Source of the DNA: a virus
Reading direction: 5' to 3' (one strand)
IMG/VR virus record: IMGVR_UViG_3300032053_000039
Span: 13,436-77,435 of that record
Length of the DNA: 64,000 nucleotides
Shown here: positions 1-9,901 of the stretch, piece by piece
Numbering within the stretch: position 1 is the stretch's first letter
Layout: the number at the start of each line of letters is the position of its first letter
Made by a program: the position numbers and the translations under genes
The notes under the pieces: model-generated
Seen by the model: only the letters and a program-made list of their open reading frames with translations
Told to the model about the DNA's origin: nothing
Database searches by the model: none

Positions 1-360
1 TTTTATTTTAGGGATATATACCCAATCATCTATATTTATATCCTTCGCCTCAGATTCTTTAAAATCTGAAGTTATTAACACTCTTTCTCCTTTTTTTCTT
101 TTATCTATCCCTTTTTTAAATCTTCCATAAAAAACATCTTCATTCTTATATATAAAAAATTTATGATCTTCGGTACAAACTATTGGAGATCCTTCTTTGG
201 AAATTGAAAATTCTACCATATTTCCAGAATATTCTTTTTCTAAAATTCCTAAAACCTTATTAAAATTACCATTATGAGTTAAAACAGAATCTCCAATTTT
301 AACTGATTCTATAGCTACTATAGAATCTCTTAACACTACAGGAGTACTAGGATCAAAACA
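1..360 (-). mobile_element. Intein (N-terminal part) inserted in the primase zinc finger
   Basis: Block A CFDPSTPVVL, IESVKIGDSVLTH, and block B VCTEDHKF (TxxH). The C-terminus lies outside the window. Confidence 0.85.
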
Positions 361-537
361 TCCAAAACAATGTATTGCACCCGTTTCTTTATGAACATGC
401 ATAGACGGGTTTCTTTCAACGTGATTAGGATTAAGACATTTTATTTTTACATTATCAGAACCTGCTGCTTTATATTCAATACCTAAATCTTTTAAGACAT
501 CAAGTACCTTTATTTGTATTAAGGTATTACGAAGCAT
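1..537 (-). CDS. DNA primase (DnaG-type, CHC2 zinc finger), N-terminal part; runs off the window edge; intein-containing
   Basis: Not in the ORF track. Manual translation from ATG at 537: MLRNTLIQIKVLDVLKDLGIEYKAAGSDNVKIKCLNPNHVERNPSMHVHKETGAIHCFG|CFDPSTPV..., matching the C..H..(P-S)..HCFGC primase zinc finger. Next to a DnaC-like gene. Confidence 0.85.
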   Translation of the reverse strand, partial: MLRNTLIQIKVLDVLKDLGIEYKAAGSDNVKIKCLNPNHVERNPSMHVHKETGAIHCFGCFDPSTPVVLRDSIVAIESVKIGDSVLTHNGNFNKVLGILEKEYSGNMVEFSISKEGSPIVCTEDHKFFIYKNEDVFYGRFKKGIDKRKKGERVLITSDFKESEAKDINIDDWVYIPKIK

Positions 538-742
538 ATCTGGCTATCCAACCTTTACTTATTAAAAAGTCCAATTGTTCCTTTTCCCGAACTTTATCTA
601 AATCATTAGTAATAAGCCAAGTCTCTATTTTAGCCATTCTACTAGGTGTTACATAATATGGATATTCATCTCTAATAAGGACTCGTTCACTGTCATGAAC
701 ATCAAATATTATATCCGCACATTTAAAACTACAAACGTACAT
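527..742 (-). CDS. hypothetical protein
   Basis: 71-aa ORF packed between the loader and primase genes. Confidence 0.6.
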   Translation of the reverse strand: MYVCSFKCADIIFDVHDSERVLIRDEYPYYVTPSRMAKIETWLITNDLDKVREKEQLDFLISKGWIARYAS

Positions 743-744
743 AA

Positions 745-1470
745 TTATTTCTTTAGCTCCCCTGATGCTAAAGGGCTTGAAAAACTTCCTCGTATTTCAA
801 GTTGTTTATAACTTCTCGAAAGAACAATTCTTGATTGAAGATAATCTTTATCTATTTTTTCTATTGGTGTATTAGAAGTGCATATAAAAATCTTTCCATT
901 ATTAACTGCGTTATTTAACCAATTATAAAGATTTATCTTTGTATAATCTCCTTTGGCAATACATCGAGTTGTGTCAAACATATCGTCTATAACATATATT
1001 TTATGAGTATCAAACTCTTGAAATGATATTTTTTCCTTACTAAAATCTGTGAAGGCGTTAAGAAGATCTTGCATAGAAATAAATCTAACAGAAAGTCCTT
1101 CTTTAATAAAAGCAGTTCCTAATATAACTGCAAGAGTAGTATGGCATGAGTTTTCTTCAGATCCCCATATCCAAACTACCTGAATTTTATCATCAAATAT
1201 TGAATGAGGATTACTTATATACTTTTTTATAGTATCTATATTTAAGTCGTTATGCAACTTAATAGGGGGCTTAAGAAATTTTTCTGAAAGATTTATGTAT
1301 TGGTCAAGAGTATATCCCCAGAATATTCTTGGAATATATGCTCCTATAAGTTTAGTCTCAAGATTTATTCTAGCTTCTTTTTCCTTTCTGCAATCGCAAG
1401 GGTATGCTACTGTTTCTCCGTTCTCTTCAATTGAGATAAATGTAGTATTGTGACATTTAGGGCAATTCAT
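745..1470 (-). CDS. DnaC/IstB-like helicase loader with a degenerate Walker A
   Basis: N-terminal CPKC...CDC zinc motif, Walker B YVIDD and sensor TSN. The P-loop reads GSEENSCHTT. Confidence 0.75.
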   Translation of the reverse strand: MNCPKCHNTTFISIEENGETVAYPCDCRKEKEARINLETKLIGAYIPRIFWGYTLDQYINLSEKFLKPPIKLHNDLNIDTIKKYISNPHSIFDDKIQVVWIWGSEENSCHTTLAVILGTAFIKEGLSVRFISMQDLLNAFTDFSKEKISFQEFDTHKIYVIDDMFDTTRCIAKGDYTKINLYNWLNNAVNNGKIFICTSNTPIEKIDKDYLQSRIVLSRSYKQLEIRGSFSSPLASGELKK

Positions 1471-1482
1471 TTGTAGACCTTC

Positions 1483-1971
1483 CTATTCACATAAATAATT
1501 TTTCATACAATCTACAAAATCTTCCCAGCGCATAAGTACATATTCCTTACCTGATTCTGTAAATTTTATGAGAGCCATCTCGACCTTTTTAGATCGAATA
1601 TAAATATTTAAAAGCTCCTCATATGTAAATAATATACTTTTACCCTTTGAGTTGAAGTGGAACGGAGGGTTTATTTCCATAGTAAAATCTTGTTTTCTAA
1701 CTAGAGCAAAATTCTTTCCTCTAGATTCAAATCCAAACCTAAGAATAGGTATTTTATTAACTTGTTTAGATTCTTTCTCAACTTTAAGAAGTACTCCCAA
1801 TTTTATGGAATAATTATCCTTATGTGTAAATTTATCCTCTACTAAAAAAGTATCATTAGATAAATCTGATTTTTTATTCCATAACGCACCCGAAGCAACA
1901 TGTGCTCTTCCCTTTATATTCTCGGCTGCTTTCTTTTCTCTTTTCTGAGATATCTTTTTATTCGTAATCAT
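1483..1971 (-). CDS. PD-(D/E)XK nuclease, Holliday-junction-resolvase-like
   Basis: E...G....SGA.....D......VEDK pattern typical of phage resolvase-like nucleases. Confidence 0.65.
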   Translation of the reverse strand: MITNKKISQKREKKAAENIKGRAHVASGALWNKKSDLSNDTFLVEDKFTHKDNYSIKLGVLLKVEKESKQVNKIPILRFGFESRGKNFALVRKQDFTMEINPPFHFNSKGKSILFTYEELLNIYIRSKKVEMALIKFTESGKEYVLMRWEDFVDCMKNYLCE

Positions 1972-2068
1972 ATATCCACTATTATATAATTATTTAAGTT
2001 AACTTTAATATTAAAAAATAAGTCTACATAACTAAGAGGAACGGGATACTCTTTAGATTTCCAAGTCA

Positions 2069-3454
2069 TTACTTTATTTTAATATCCTTATATAACTCTC
2101 CTACGAATTGGGGATTTCCTTTAAAGAATTCTACCAGTTTATTCATACCTTGGAATGTCTCCCCTTTAGTTTTATAATAAGGACCTGCTCGCTCTATAAG
2201 ATTTTTTATAACTCCGAGAGATACTATCTCAGCAATATGATCTATTCCTATAGGGAAAGAAGTTCCCGGCCTGAAATAATAATCATAGGTGAACATGTCA
2301 CCAGGAGCATTAAGTTTGTTTTTATCAGCACGGATTCGTATTTTTTGACCATAGAAGTTGTCTTGAAATTTAGCTTCTGTTCCATCTTCCTTTAACCAGC
2401 ATTCTCTTTTCACTTCAATAATAGAAGCGCTATGATGCCCTACTGCATTTCCACCACTAAATGAATCAGGACCTGCGTGAAATGCTGTAAGGTTGGATCG
2501 TACCTGCGACAATATAAATAATGTTGGCTTGTATGCTTCTAATTCATCTTCCATATCGGTAGGTGCAAAAGAGGATACAACATACCGCATAAGCTTTCCA
2601 TTTGCTTTAGCCTCACTTCCCATATCAGCTTGACCTGCTTCTCTTTCTCGTATATAGCGAGGAACAGCTCCTTGAAGAGAATCCCAAACAACAATGTCAA
2701 CACCACGTTCCTTTATAATAGGTCTTAAAAGTTCTACACCTTCTTCAGTATCTTCTGGCTGCGCTACCATAAGCCTTTCTGGAATGATACCACAGGCTAT
2801 TAAATAATCCTGAGTTGCCATTTGTATCACTTCCTGTTCTTGTACAGTAAGCTTCTTGACCCATTTCTCTTTTTCTTTTACCATCTTTTTTTCATCATCA
2901 GAAAGAGTAACTTTCTCTTTAAGATCTTCTATTTCTGCTACAATGGTGTTGTAATCAAGTTCATCAACTTCTCGTTCTCCATAATCAGTGGTTTGAATTA
3001 TTCTTTTCACTTTTATTATTCGAGGATCTTCCATTTGTAAATTATCTTCATAATCCACAAACAATACTTTTTTAGGTTCTGGTTTTTTACATTCACATAC
3101 AGGAATAAGAAGCATATATTTTAATATAGCAGTCCATCGATCTTCTATAGAAGCTTCATAAAACTCAGGAAGAACACCTCGGCACACTCTACAACATCTT
3201 TGAGCAAACGCAGTTGTTTGATTGATCAAAGCGTTCTTACCACTCGAACGCGATCCAAAAATCATTATTATTCTTTTGTATGCAAATCCTCCTCCGGTGA
3301 GTTCATCTACAGAAAAAGATCCGGAAAAATATCTTTTAAGATATACTGACTTGGCTTTATCCAAAGTCGTTATCTTATTTGTTTTATACTTTTTATTTAT
3401 CTCTAAAATACTGGCTGGTAATTCAAACATAAAATCCTCCCTTATTTTGTCCAT
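2069..3454 (-). CDS. recA: RecA/UvsX-like recombinase with two insertions
   Basis: SGSFSVDELTGGG, P-loop GSRSSGKN, FVDYE, VWDSL, SQVR, SGGNAV, KNKLNAP. Confidence 0.9.
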   Translation of the reverse strand: MDKIREDFMFELPASILEINKKYKTNKITTLDKAKSVYLKRYFSGSFSVDELTGGGFAYKRIIMIFGSRSSGKNALINQTTAFAQRCCRVCRGVLPEFYEASIEDRWTAILKYMLLIPVCECKKPEPKKVLFVDYEDNLQMEDPRIIKVKRIIQTTDYGEREVDELDYNTIVAEIEDLKEKVTLSDDEKKMVKEKEKWVKKLTVQEQEVIQMATQDYLIACGIIPERLMVAQPEDTEEGVELLRPIIKERGVDIVVWDSLQGAVPRYIREREAGQADMGSEAKANGKLMRYVVSSFAPTDMEDELEAYKPTLFILSQVRSNLTAFHAGPDSFSGGNAVGHHSASIIEVKRECWLKEDGTEAKFQDNFYGQKIRIRADKNKLNAPGDMFTYDYYFRPGTSFPIGIDHIAEIVSLGVIKNLIERAGPYYKTKGETFQGMNKLVEFFKGNPQFVGELYKDIKIK

Positions 3455-6400
3455 ACTTCTTGAATATCTACATCCACCTTAAGTGGCATGGTTACTTTTG
3501 GAATATTCTCGGTCATACATTTTACAAATACAGGAGATAACTCCTCTACATACTTATCAGGGCTTTCTATTAAGATACTATCATGAATAGTTCCTACAAG
3601 CATTGTTCTATACTGAGGATTTTTTTCTATCCACTCCTGACATCTTGAAATTCCCATAGCGGTTATATCATTAGCAGAGCTTTGAATTTTTGTGTTTGTT
3701 GCCTGCCGCAGAGCTTTTCCTTTTTCTATATCATTACTACTAAGTGCTTTTGAAAGATATCTTTTTCTTCCATAAAGAGTTTCTACATATCCGTACTGCT
3801 GAACGAATATTTCGTTATCATGTATAAATTTTTTAACATTTGGATAGGTACTGAAGAATTTATTCATAAAGTTAAGCGCAGCTATCTCTGTTATTCCTAA
3901 ATCTTCTGCAAGAGATCGAGCCTGTAGACCAAAAATTATTCCAAAATTTATTGCTTTCGCTGAAGATCTTAATTTCTCATGTTCTGGTTTTTTCTTATCA
4001 AAAGAATCAAAAGGTACTCCAAACATTACACATGCAGTATAAGTATGAAAATCATGTCCGGATGCAAAAGCTTTTATCATACTAGTATCATCAGACATCA
4101 TTGCAAGAACACGAAGCTCTATCTGTGAATTATGACTTACAAACCCATTTGCTATGTAGCTGTGTGTTTCTTCTACTTCTATATCATATGTCTCAGCAGG
4201 GCTTATTTTTTTTATATTAGATATTTTACAATATACTTGGTTCCATTCTGATATTTTGTGTAATCCAAGATCTTTATATATTTCAGGGTAGTCTTTTTTT
4301 ATGAGATCAGAAGTATACTTGGATACAGATCCTTTCCTATTTCTAGTATTTTTTAATAAATTTATATTAGTATACTTTTTTGATTTATTTGTTAAATTAG
4401 GATGATTTCCATAAACAGGACTTGCATCAGAACTTTTAAGTATACTTAATAATTTTAATTTTTTTCTTTTACTAATAAATCCTATTTTTTCATAGAATAC
4501 TTTAGTCCAATGAGACTTTATATCAAGTATATATACTGTAAATTTATATCCCCGAATTTCATGGTTTTGTTTTCTCTTTTTAGCTATAATTCCTAAAGAT
4601 AATAATAATAAATGAACATCGTCTATTAATGATTCCTCAACAGAGGAACATCGAATTCTATCATCAACAGATCCATCAGTTTCAAAATATCCACGAAGCC
4701 AGGAAGATATTAAATCCTCGTTGGATTGAAAAAGAAAAGAAGGAACCCGTTTTTTAGATATACCCAAATTATTAAATACTTTTATTAAGGGCTTTGAATT
4801 AAAATTCATTGCAACAGCACCACGTCTCTCTTTGCATATACTACAAGATTCTCCAAATTGCTTGTGTAGTATATTCTCTATGTAATTTATAACATCTTTA
4901 TCTTTAACACAAATGTGCCATTGTATTGTTGTCTTTCGACAATTGCTTTCAAGAGTTGTACCATTACCACTAAGGACTCCAAAAAACTCACATAAAGAAT
5001 TATTTATAAAATTAGGATATTTTTTTAATATTTTATTACTAGCATGTGTATATTCTATTTTTGGCAAAGGTATCTTGTTTTTATTGTTTAAATGAAAGGG
5101 TTGTAATGCTATAAAATCATTTTCAAAATCTAAATTTTTTAAATTTTTCCAAACATAATTTCCATGAATATCTATAACACGAATTCTATGAAGATCTGTC
5201 ATTTTTATTTTATATCCTAGCTCCGTTGTAACCTCATATACTTCCTTAACACCTTGTTTAAAGACATTTAGTACTTTTTTTAGAGATCCATCCTCTTGAA
5301 TAACTTTTTCATTTTTTTTTAAATATTGTATTTCCTTAAGTCCTGTTTCTGTAGCAACTAGGGTATCTCCAACAAGGCATTGGTCCAAGCAAATAAGTTT
5401 ATTACCTCTTTCAGCACGAACCATATTTCTTATTTTATTATCTCTAGGTATTGTATGAAGAAAGCAGCTTGCTCTTCCTGTTGCTGTTAACTGATAATAA
5501 CTCGGGTGTACCCTATGAGTAAGTTTGTCTGCTTTATTCATAAAGCCCACTAAATATGTAGAGTTCTGTTTTGACAAAGTTCTGTATTCTAATATACTTT
5601 TCAATATCGGTTTTTGATTACTAAAGAATGTTATTGCTTCTTCATCTCCTGCAGGATTTCTACCCTTTTTAGTAACATAGTTTTTATTAGGCTCAAGACC
5701 TAAAACATTGTACATTAGGTTACTTATCTCTTTTGAAGAGTTAAGATTTAACTCGTATCCAACTTTATTAAATATCTTAATTTTTATCTTTTCGATCTCT
5801 TCTTTGTTTTGACGAGCTACCTTATCCATATATTTAAAGTCTAATCGTATTCCATTCAGAGTCATGTGTATTAAAGAATAGCAGTATTTCATAATAATAT
5901 TATAAAACACATCTCGATATTCTGAATCTATCTTAGGCTTCATTATCTTATAAAGTCTATAGGTAATATCAGAATCCATCGCTGAGTAATATTGCAAAGG
6001 AGTAAGATTTAATTCTTTTAACTTTTCTTTTCTTTTAGTTTCTATTTGGGTTCTTAATCCAAGAAGATACTTATCATATTCTGTAATAACCCCTTTTTCA
6101 GAAGATTCAAAATCATCTGGATTCCATAATTGCCCTTGTACTTCTACAGCATCTTCTTTAGCCTGATATTTTCCTATTCCTCCGAAAGATGCGAGGATGT
6201 CTTTATATCCTCCTTCGTTGGTCATTATCCAGGATAAAGTTTCCAGCTTATAAAGAGAATTTCCAACATCTCCTTCCGAACTCATATTTAAAGTATGGTA
6301 CGCTAACATTGTATCAAACAAAACTCCATTTACTTTGAATCCTAATTGCATAAGAAAACTCAAATCAAAGGAGATATTATGGCCAACTTTTTCATTATTG

Positions 6401-7194
6401 GAAGTCATACTCTTTCTAAAAAGATCTTCAAATTCGAGGATATTATTCCATTGTATGTGAACGCCTTGACCAACAGTATGACAAAAAGATATATCAGTTA
6501 TTTTATCTTCTCTGTGATTAAATCCCCGGGTTTCTAAGTCAAATGCAAAGGAAGGAACTTCTATAAGTTCTTCAAGATACTTTTTTATATCTACAGGATC
6601 TTCTAAAGTTCGAGCATTTGCTTTCATTTTTCTTTGTGGAGGAAGATCTATAATCTGTTTTGCCAGAATAAGATCATTTACAAAGTGTTGGTATAGTAAC
6701 CTATCTTGTGTTCTCATTAGATATGCTGGATGATATGTAGGAATAATTACTGTATCTAACTCAGGAAAATACATTTTTTTACCACGAGCACTTTCAATAG
6801 TTAGTCCTATCTTTATGAGTTGCTGAAGAGCTATCTTTCCGATTGTTATTATAACTTTCGGTTTCATTTTATTTATGAGTTCTATGGTAAATGCTCTACA
6901 ACAATCTATTTCTTTTGGAGTAGGAGTTCGATTATTTCCAGACTCGTCTATGGGATGACACCGAATTGCATTGCTGATAAAGCAATTTATACCTATCTGA
7001 TCTAAATAATGTTGAAGCATTTTTCCAGAAGCACCTACAAAGGGCATTCCCGCATCTGCTTCTGCCTGTCCTAAAGCTTCTCCAAGAAGAAGGACTCCCG
7101 AATTAATATCTCCTCTTCCAACAACATGAACACTCTTGGAAGTTCTCCACATGTTACATTTTTGGCAGAGATAGTTATTTGTAGTATATTCCAT
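3442..7194 (-). CDS. Family A DNA polymerase with N-terminal family-4 uracil-DNA glycosylase domain and 3'-5' exonuclease; intein in motif A
   Basis: UDG: CxxC, GEALG, PFVGASG, YHPAY. Exonuclease: FDLET, GHNISFD, YSAMD. Polymerase: D-Q|SQIELR, KAINFGIIFG, IHDS. Confidence 0.95.
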   Translation of the reverse strand: MEYTTNNYLCQKCNMWRTSKSVHVVGRGDINSGVLLLGEALGQAEADAGMPFVGASGKMLQHYLDQIGINCFISNAIRCHPIDESGNNRTPTPKEIDCCRAFTIELINKMKPKVIITIGKIALQQLIKIGLTIESARGKKMYFPELDTVIIPTYHPAYLMRTQDRLLYQHFVNDLILAKQIIDLPPQRKMKANARTLEDPVDIKKYLEELIEVPSFAFDLETRGFNHREDKITDISFCHTVGQGVHIQWNNILEFEDLFRKSMTSNNEKVGHNISFDLSFLMQLGFKVNGVLFDTMLAYHTLNMSSEGDVGNSLYKLETLSWIMTNEGGYKDILASFGGIGKYQAKEDAVEVQGQLWNPDDFESSEKGVITEYDKYLLGLRTQIETKRKEKLKELNLTPLQYYSAMDSDITYRLYKIMKPKIDSEYRDVFYNIIMKYCYSLIHMTLNGIRLDFKYMDKVARQNKEEIEKIKIKIFNKVGYELNLNSSKEISNLMYNVLGLEPNKNYVTKKGRNPAGDEEAITFFSNQKPILKSILEYRTLSKQNSTYLVGFMNKADKLTHRVHPSYYQLTATGRASCFLHTIPRDNKIRNMVRAERGNKLICLDQCLVGDTLVATETGLKEIQYLKKNEKVIQEDGSLKKVLNVFKQGVKEVYEVTTELGYKIKMTDLHRIRVIDIHGNYVWKNLKNLDFENDFIALQPFHLNNKNKIPLPKIEYTHASNKILKKYPNFINNSLCEFFGVLSGNGTTLESNCRKTTIQWHICVKDKDVINYIENILHKQFGESCSICKERRGAVAMNFNSKPLIKVFNNLGISKKRVPSFLFQSNEDLISSWLRGYFETDGSVDDRIRCSSVEESLIDDVHLLLLSLGIIAKKRKQNHEIRGYKFTVYILDIKSHWTKVFYEKIGFISKRKKLKLLSILKSSDASPVYGNHPNLTNKSKKYTNINLLKNTRNRKGSVSKYTSDLIKKDYPEIYKDLGLHKISEWNQVYCKISNIKKISPAETYDIEVEETHSYIANGFVSHNSQIELRVLAMMSDDTSMIKAFASGHDFHTYTACVMFGVPFDSFDKKKPEHEKLRSSAKAINFGIIFGLQARSLAEDLGITEIAALNFMNKFFSTYPNVKKFIHDNEIFVQQYGYVETLYGRKRYLSKALSSNDIEKGKALRQATNTKIQSSANDITAMGISRCQEWIEKNPQYRTMLVGTIHDSILIESPDKYVEELSPVFVKCMTENIPKVTMPLKVDVDIQEVWTK
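4129..5379 (-). mobile_element. LAGLIDADG-type intein in DNA polymerase motif A (417 aa)
   Basis: CLVGDT..., TDLH, WLRGYFETDG, ...VSHN|S; the exteins join to LDQ-SQIELR. Confidence 0.95.
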
Positions 7195-7745
7195 TATATA
7201 AGATTTTCTTTTTTATTTGTTTTTACTAAGTTGTTCAAGACATCGATCTGGTATTTTTTTAAATCTATTTTTTTTGGTTTCTTTTCTAAGAAGATATTAT
7301 AGTAATCATGAGCTATTCGTGCCATAGAGTACGCATCTGCAATATTATCGTCTCTAAGCTCTACTCCAAAATTTTTAAATAGATCGAGAATCAGAACACC
7401 TTTTATTTTCTCTTTTGCTGATCCTGATATAAATTTCTTTGCAGAGAGAGGAGAAATACCTATAGATTTTATACCCATTTTAAATAAGTGTAGTTTTAAT
7501 ACACCATTAAGCTCTCCGATATTAAAAAGATGTCCTTCAGCTCGAAAAGCGGGAGTCTCAATTCCTGCTAACTTTATAGTATTTTTAAACGGTTCAAGGG
7601 TTTTTAAAAATATTTCTTCAATGAATAATAATCTTTCAGTATCTTTAGCCTCAACATGAAGGACTTTCTTTTCTAATATAGTATATTTCTCATCTATAAT
7701 AACAAGTCCAGTTCCGGTTAATGACATATCAAGGCCAAGATACAT
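7194..7745 (-). CDS. RuvC-like Holliday junction resolvase
   Basis: YLGLDMSLTGTG, IE, DNIADA. Confidence 0.85.
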   Translation of the reverse strand: MYLGLDMSLTGTGLVIIDEKYTILEKKVLHVEAKDTERLLFIEEIFLKTLEPFKNTIKLAGIETPAFRAEGHLFNIGELNGVLKLHLFKMGIKSIGISPLSAKKFISGSAKEKIKGVLILDLFKNFGVELRDDNIADAYSMARIAHDYYNIFLEKKPKKIDLKKYQIDVLNNLVKTNKKENLI

Positions 7746-7766
7746 AAAGACCTTCCTTAATTTATC

Positions 7767-8954
7767 TTAGGACACCGTATACTTAGCTTGGCAAAATGGG
7801 CATACCGTGGCTTTAGAAGAAATCAAGTTATTGCAAACAGCGCAAGGTTCCATAAGAACTGTATTACAATTTGGACACTTTGTTGTACCTTGCGGTACAA
7901 GTGCCTTACAATTAAAGCAAGGAATAGCTTGAGGAGCAACTGCAAGAACTCTTCGTGGAGGTTCTTGACTTGGAGAAGCCATAGGAATAGCACTATCGTC
8001 AAATGGGAGAGGTTGTTGATTATTTGGCTGCATTGCTGCAGGAGGAGGAGTCATAACATTTATGTATCCCTGAGGAGGTACTTCTATGTTTGTATTCATA
8101 GATTTTTGTTGGCTTTGTCTTTCTTGCCATTGTGCATTTTCTGATGCTGCTTGTTTTTCAAACTCAGCATAGAAATTAGTTCCCATAGCAATATCCATTC
8201 TTTTTATTTTAGTTGGAATGTGCTTCAAACAATAGAATGCTGATGATAGTTTTATAATAGTCTTTAAATCATTTCTTTTATAAAGTTTTTCTTCCTCTTT
8301 AATAAATCCAGCAACAACATGAGGAACATTTACTCCTGCTTTTCGTATATCAGGAGTAGTGTTTTTTCCAGTACCTTCTTTTGTATAATTTACATCATAC
8401 TCACTGAAGTCTCCATCATCATCTACACATTTTTTAAGAGAGGACATAGCTCTTTGACCTAAACGAACTATTTTAGTACTTTTTTCCTTTTGACACCAAA
8501 CAACAGAAGTATTCTCAATAACTTCAGGATTTCTGTGAATAACATTGTAAATAAACTCAAGTTTAGGTCTAGCTGTTGCAGGAGCACCGTAGGCAGGATT
8601 CCAATACTCTGTCATTATCTTATAAAGATCAGGGTCTTTTACTTGGTATGTAGATACTTTTCCAAATTGACCTTTTTTTGTTTCAAAGAATCCACCATCA
8701 AAGTATCTGTTACGATCACCAAACATTCTTCCAAGAAGGCTAACTCCTTCAAACTCATTCTCAGCAATAAATGGTCTGATCTTGTCATCATCACAAAGAA
8801 CCCAAGATATGTAATACCCTATAAAAGAATCAGGCCCATCTATGAATCGCAAAACAGCAGAATTACCTGGAGTAACTCTCACTTCTTTTGCATATTCTTT
8901 CTCATAAGTATTGTCATTAGAAAGATTACCAGTAACTTCATCAAATTTTCCCAT
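7767..8954 (-). CDS. Putative gp32-like ssDNA-binding protein with C-terminal double zinc ribbon
   Basis: LRFI..., D-V-x-Y-T-K-E-G-T-G-K-N-T pattern and replication context; four CxxC at the C-terminus after a P/Q-rich linker. Confidence 0.6.
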   Translation of the reverse strand: MGKFDEVTGNLSNDNTYEKEYAKEVRVTPGNSAVLRFIDGPDSFIGYYISWVLCDDDKIRPFIAENEFEGVSLLGRMFGDRNRYFDGGFFETKKGQFGKVSTYQVKDPDLYKIMTEYWNPAYGAPATARPKLEFIYNVIHRNPEVIENTSVVWCQKEKSTKIVRLGQRAMSSLKKCVDDDGDFSEYDVNYTKEGTGKNTTPDIRKAGVNVPHVVAGFIKEEEKLYKRNDLKTIIKLSSAFYCLKHIPTKIKRMDIAMGTNFYAEFEKQAASENAQWQERQSQQKSMNTNIEVPPQGYINVMTPPPAAMQPNNQQPLPFDDSAIPMASPSQEPPRRVLAVAPQAIPCFNCKALVPQGTTKCPNCNTVLMEPCAVCNNLISSKATVCPFCQAKYTVS

Positions 8955-9009
8955 AGCAGTCTCCTTAATATAATATTTAAGTTCAATAAATTCTTAGATT
9001 TATTGGTAT

Positions 9010-9519
9010 TTACGAAGGTTTTCCAGCTGCAATGTTATAGTCCTTAAGAGCATGCAACTTAAATCCATAATTTTCTAATCCAGAAACAACTCTTTTTACA
9101 AGGCCGAGCTTATATGTCTCTGTTCTTAGAAGATTACTATATTGTTCATATTCTTTTTCAAAATGAACTTTTATAAAATTCTCTTTCTCTTTTTCTGTTC
9201 TTTTTTCAGACTTTCCTAGAGGTGGGAGTATAGCATTAATTTCAAAATATTTTTTAGCTTGCCACATATTGAACTCATCTTCAAGTTGCTGGACAACTTG
9301 ATTTTGAGATTCATAAATCATTCCATAGACAAACAACTTTCTAGAGATTTCATTTATCTCTAGCATAATATCACGAAGATTTGTATAATTTTCTAATTCT
9401 AGTTGCTGTGAATCGAAAACAACGGGGTTAATAGGCAGGTCTTTATAAGAAGTATTTTCCTTATAAAGTTTAAAAGTTTCGTTAATCGTGCCAAAAGACT
9501 TATAAATACTTTCGTCCAT
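9010..9519 (-). CDS. Putative UvsY-like recombination mediator (helical)
   Basis: Size, coiled-coil character and a position next to the SSB in the recombination cluster. Confidence 0.45.
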   Translation of the reverse strand: MDESIYKSFGTINETFKLYKENTSYKDLPINPVVFDSQQLELENYTNLRDIMLEINEISRKLFVYGMIYESQNQVVQQLEDEFNMWQAKKYFEINAILPPLGKSEKRTEKEKENFIKVHFEKEYEQYSNLLRTETYKLGLVKRVVSGLENYGFKLHALKDYNIAAGKPS

Positions 9520-9616
9520 AATAATTCCTCATTCTCATTCTTTTTTTAAAATTCTTAGCTAAAATGCTATTTTTATATTCTACAAATAAATATTCAAGGA
9601 ACATCTAGATCATTTA

Positions 9617-9790
9617 CTATTTTGATTCTTTATACTCTTTCCACTCTTTTTCCAATACTCTTTGTATTAGATCAGAGGCTCCAAAATTAAGTTTTCTGCA
9701 CAAATCATCAAGTATTTTCTTGTGTTTCGGTAAAAGTGATATTGATATATTTTTGGCCTTTTTTTCATCAGAGAGTTTCAACCGACCCAT
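9617..9790 (-). CDS. Ribbon-helix-helix DNA-binding protein (57 aa; not in ORF track)
   Basis: MGRLKLSDEKKAKNISISLLPKHKKILDDLCRKLNFGASDLIQRVLEKEWKEYKESK. Confidence 0.7.
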   Translation of the reverse strand: MGRLKLSDEKKAKNISISLLPKHKKILDDLCRKLNFGASDLIQRVLEKEWKEYKESK

Positions 9791-9901
9791 ATAAATTTTT
9801 CTCTTTCCATGTATTTTTTTATGTCACTTCTATGTTTTAAAAACATCTAATTATTATTAATAATTAAGTCAACAAAAAATTAATAAATATTGTTAAAAAG
9901 C

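Noticed and set aside
2069-3454. RecA insertions as inteins
   Set aside because: No block A, TxxH or terminal HN motifs
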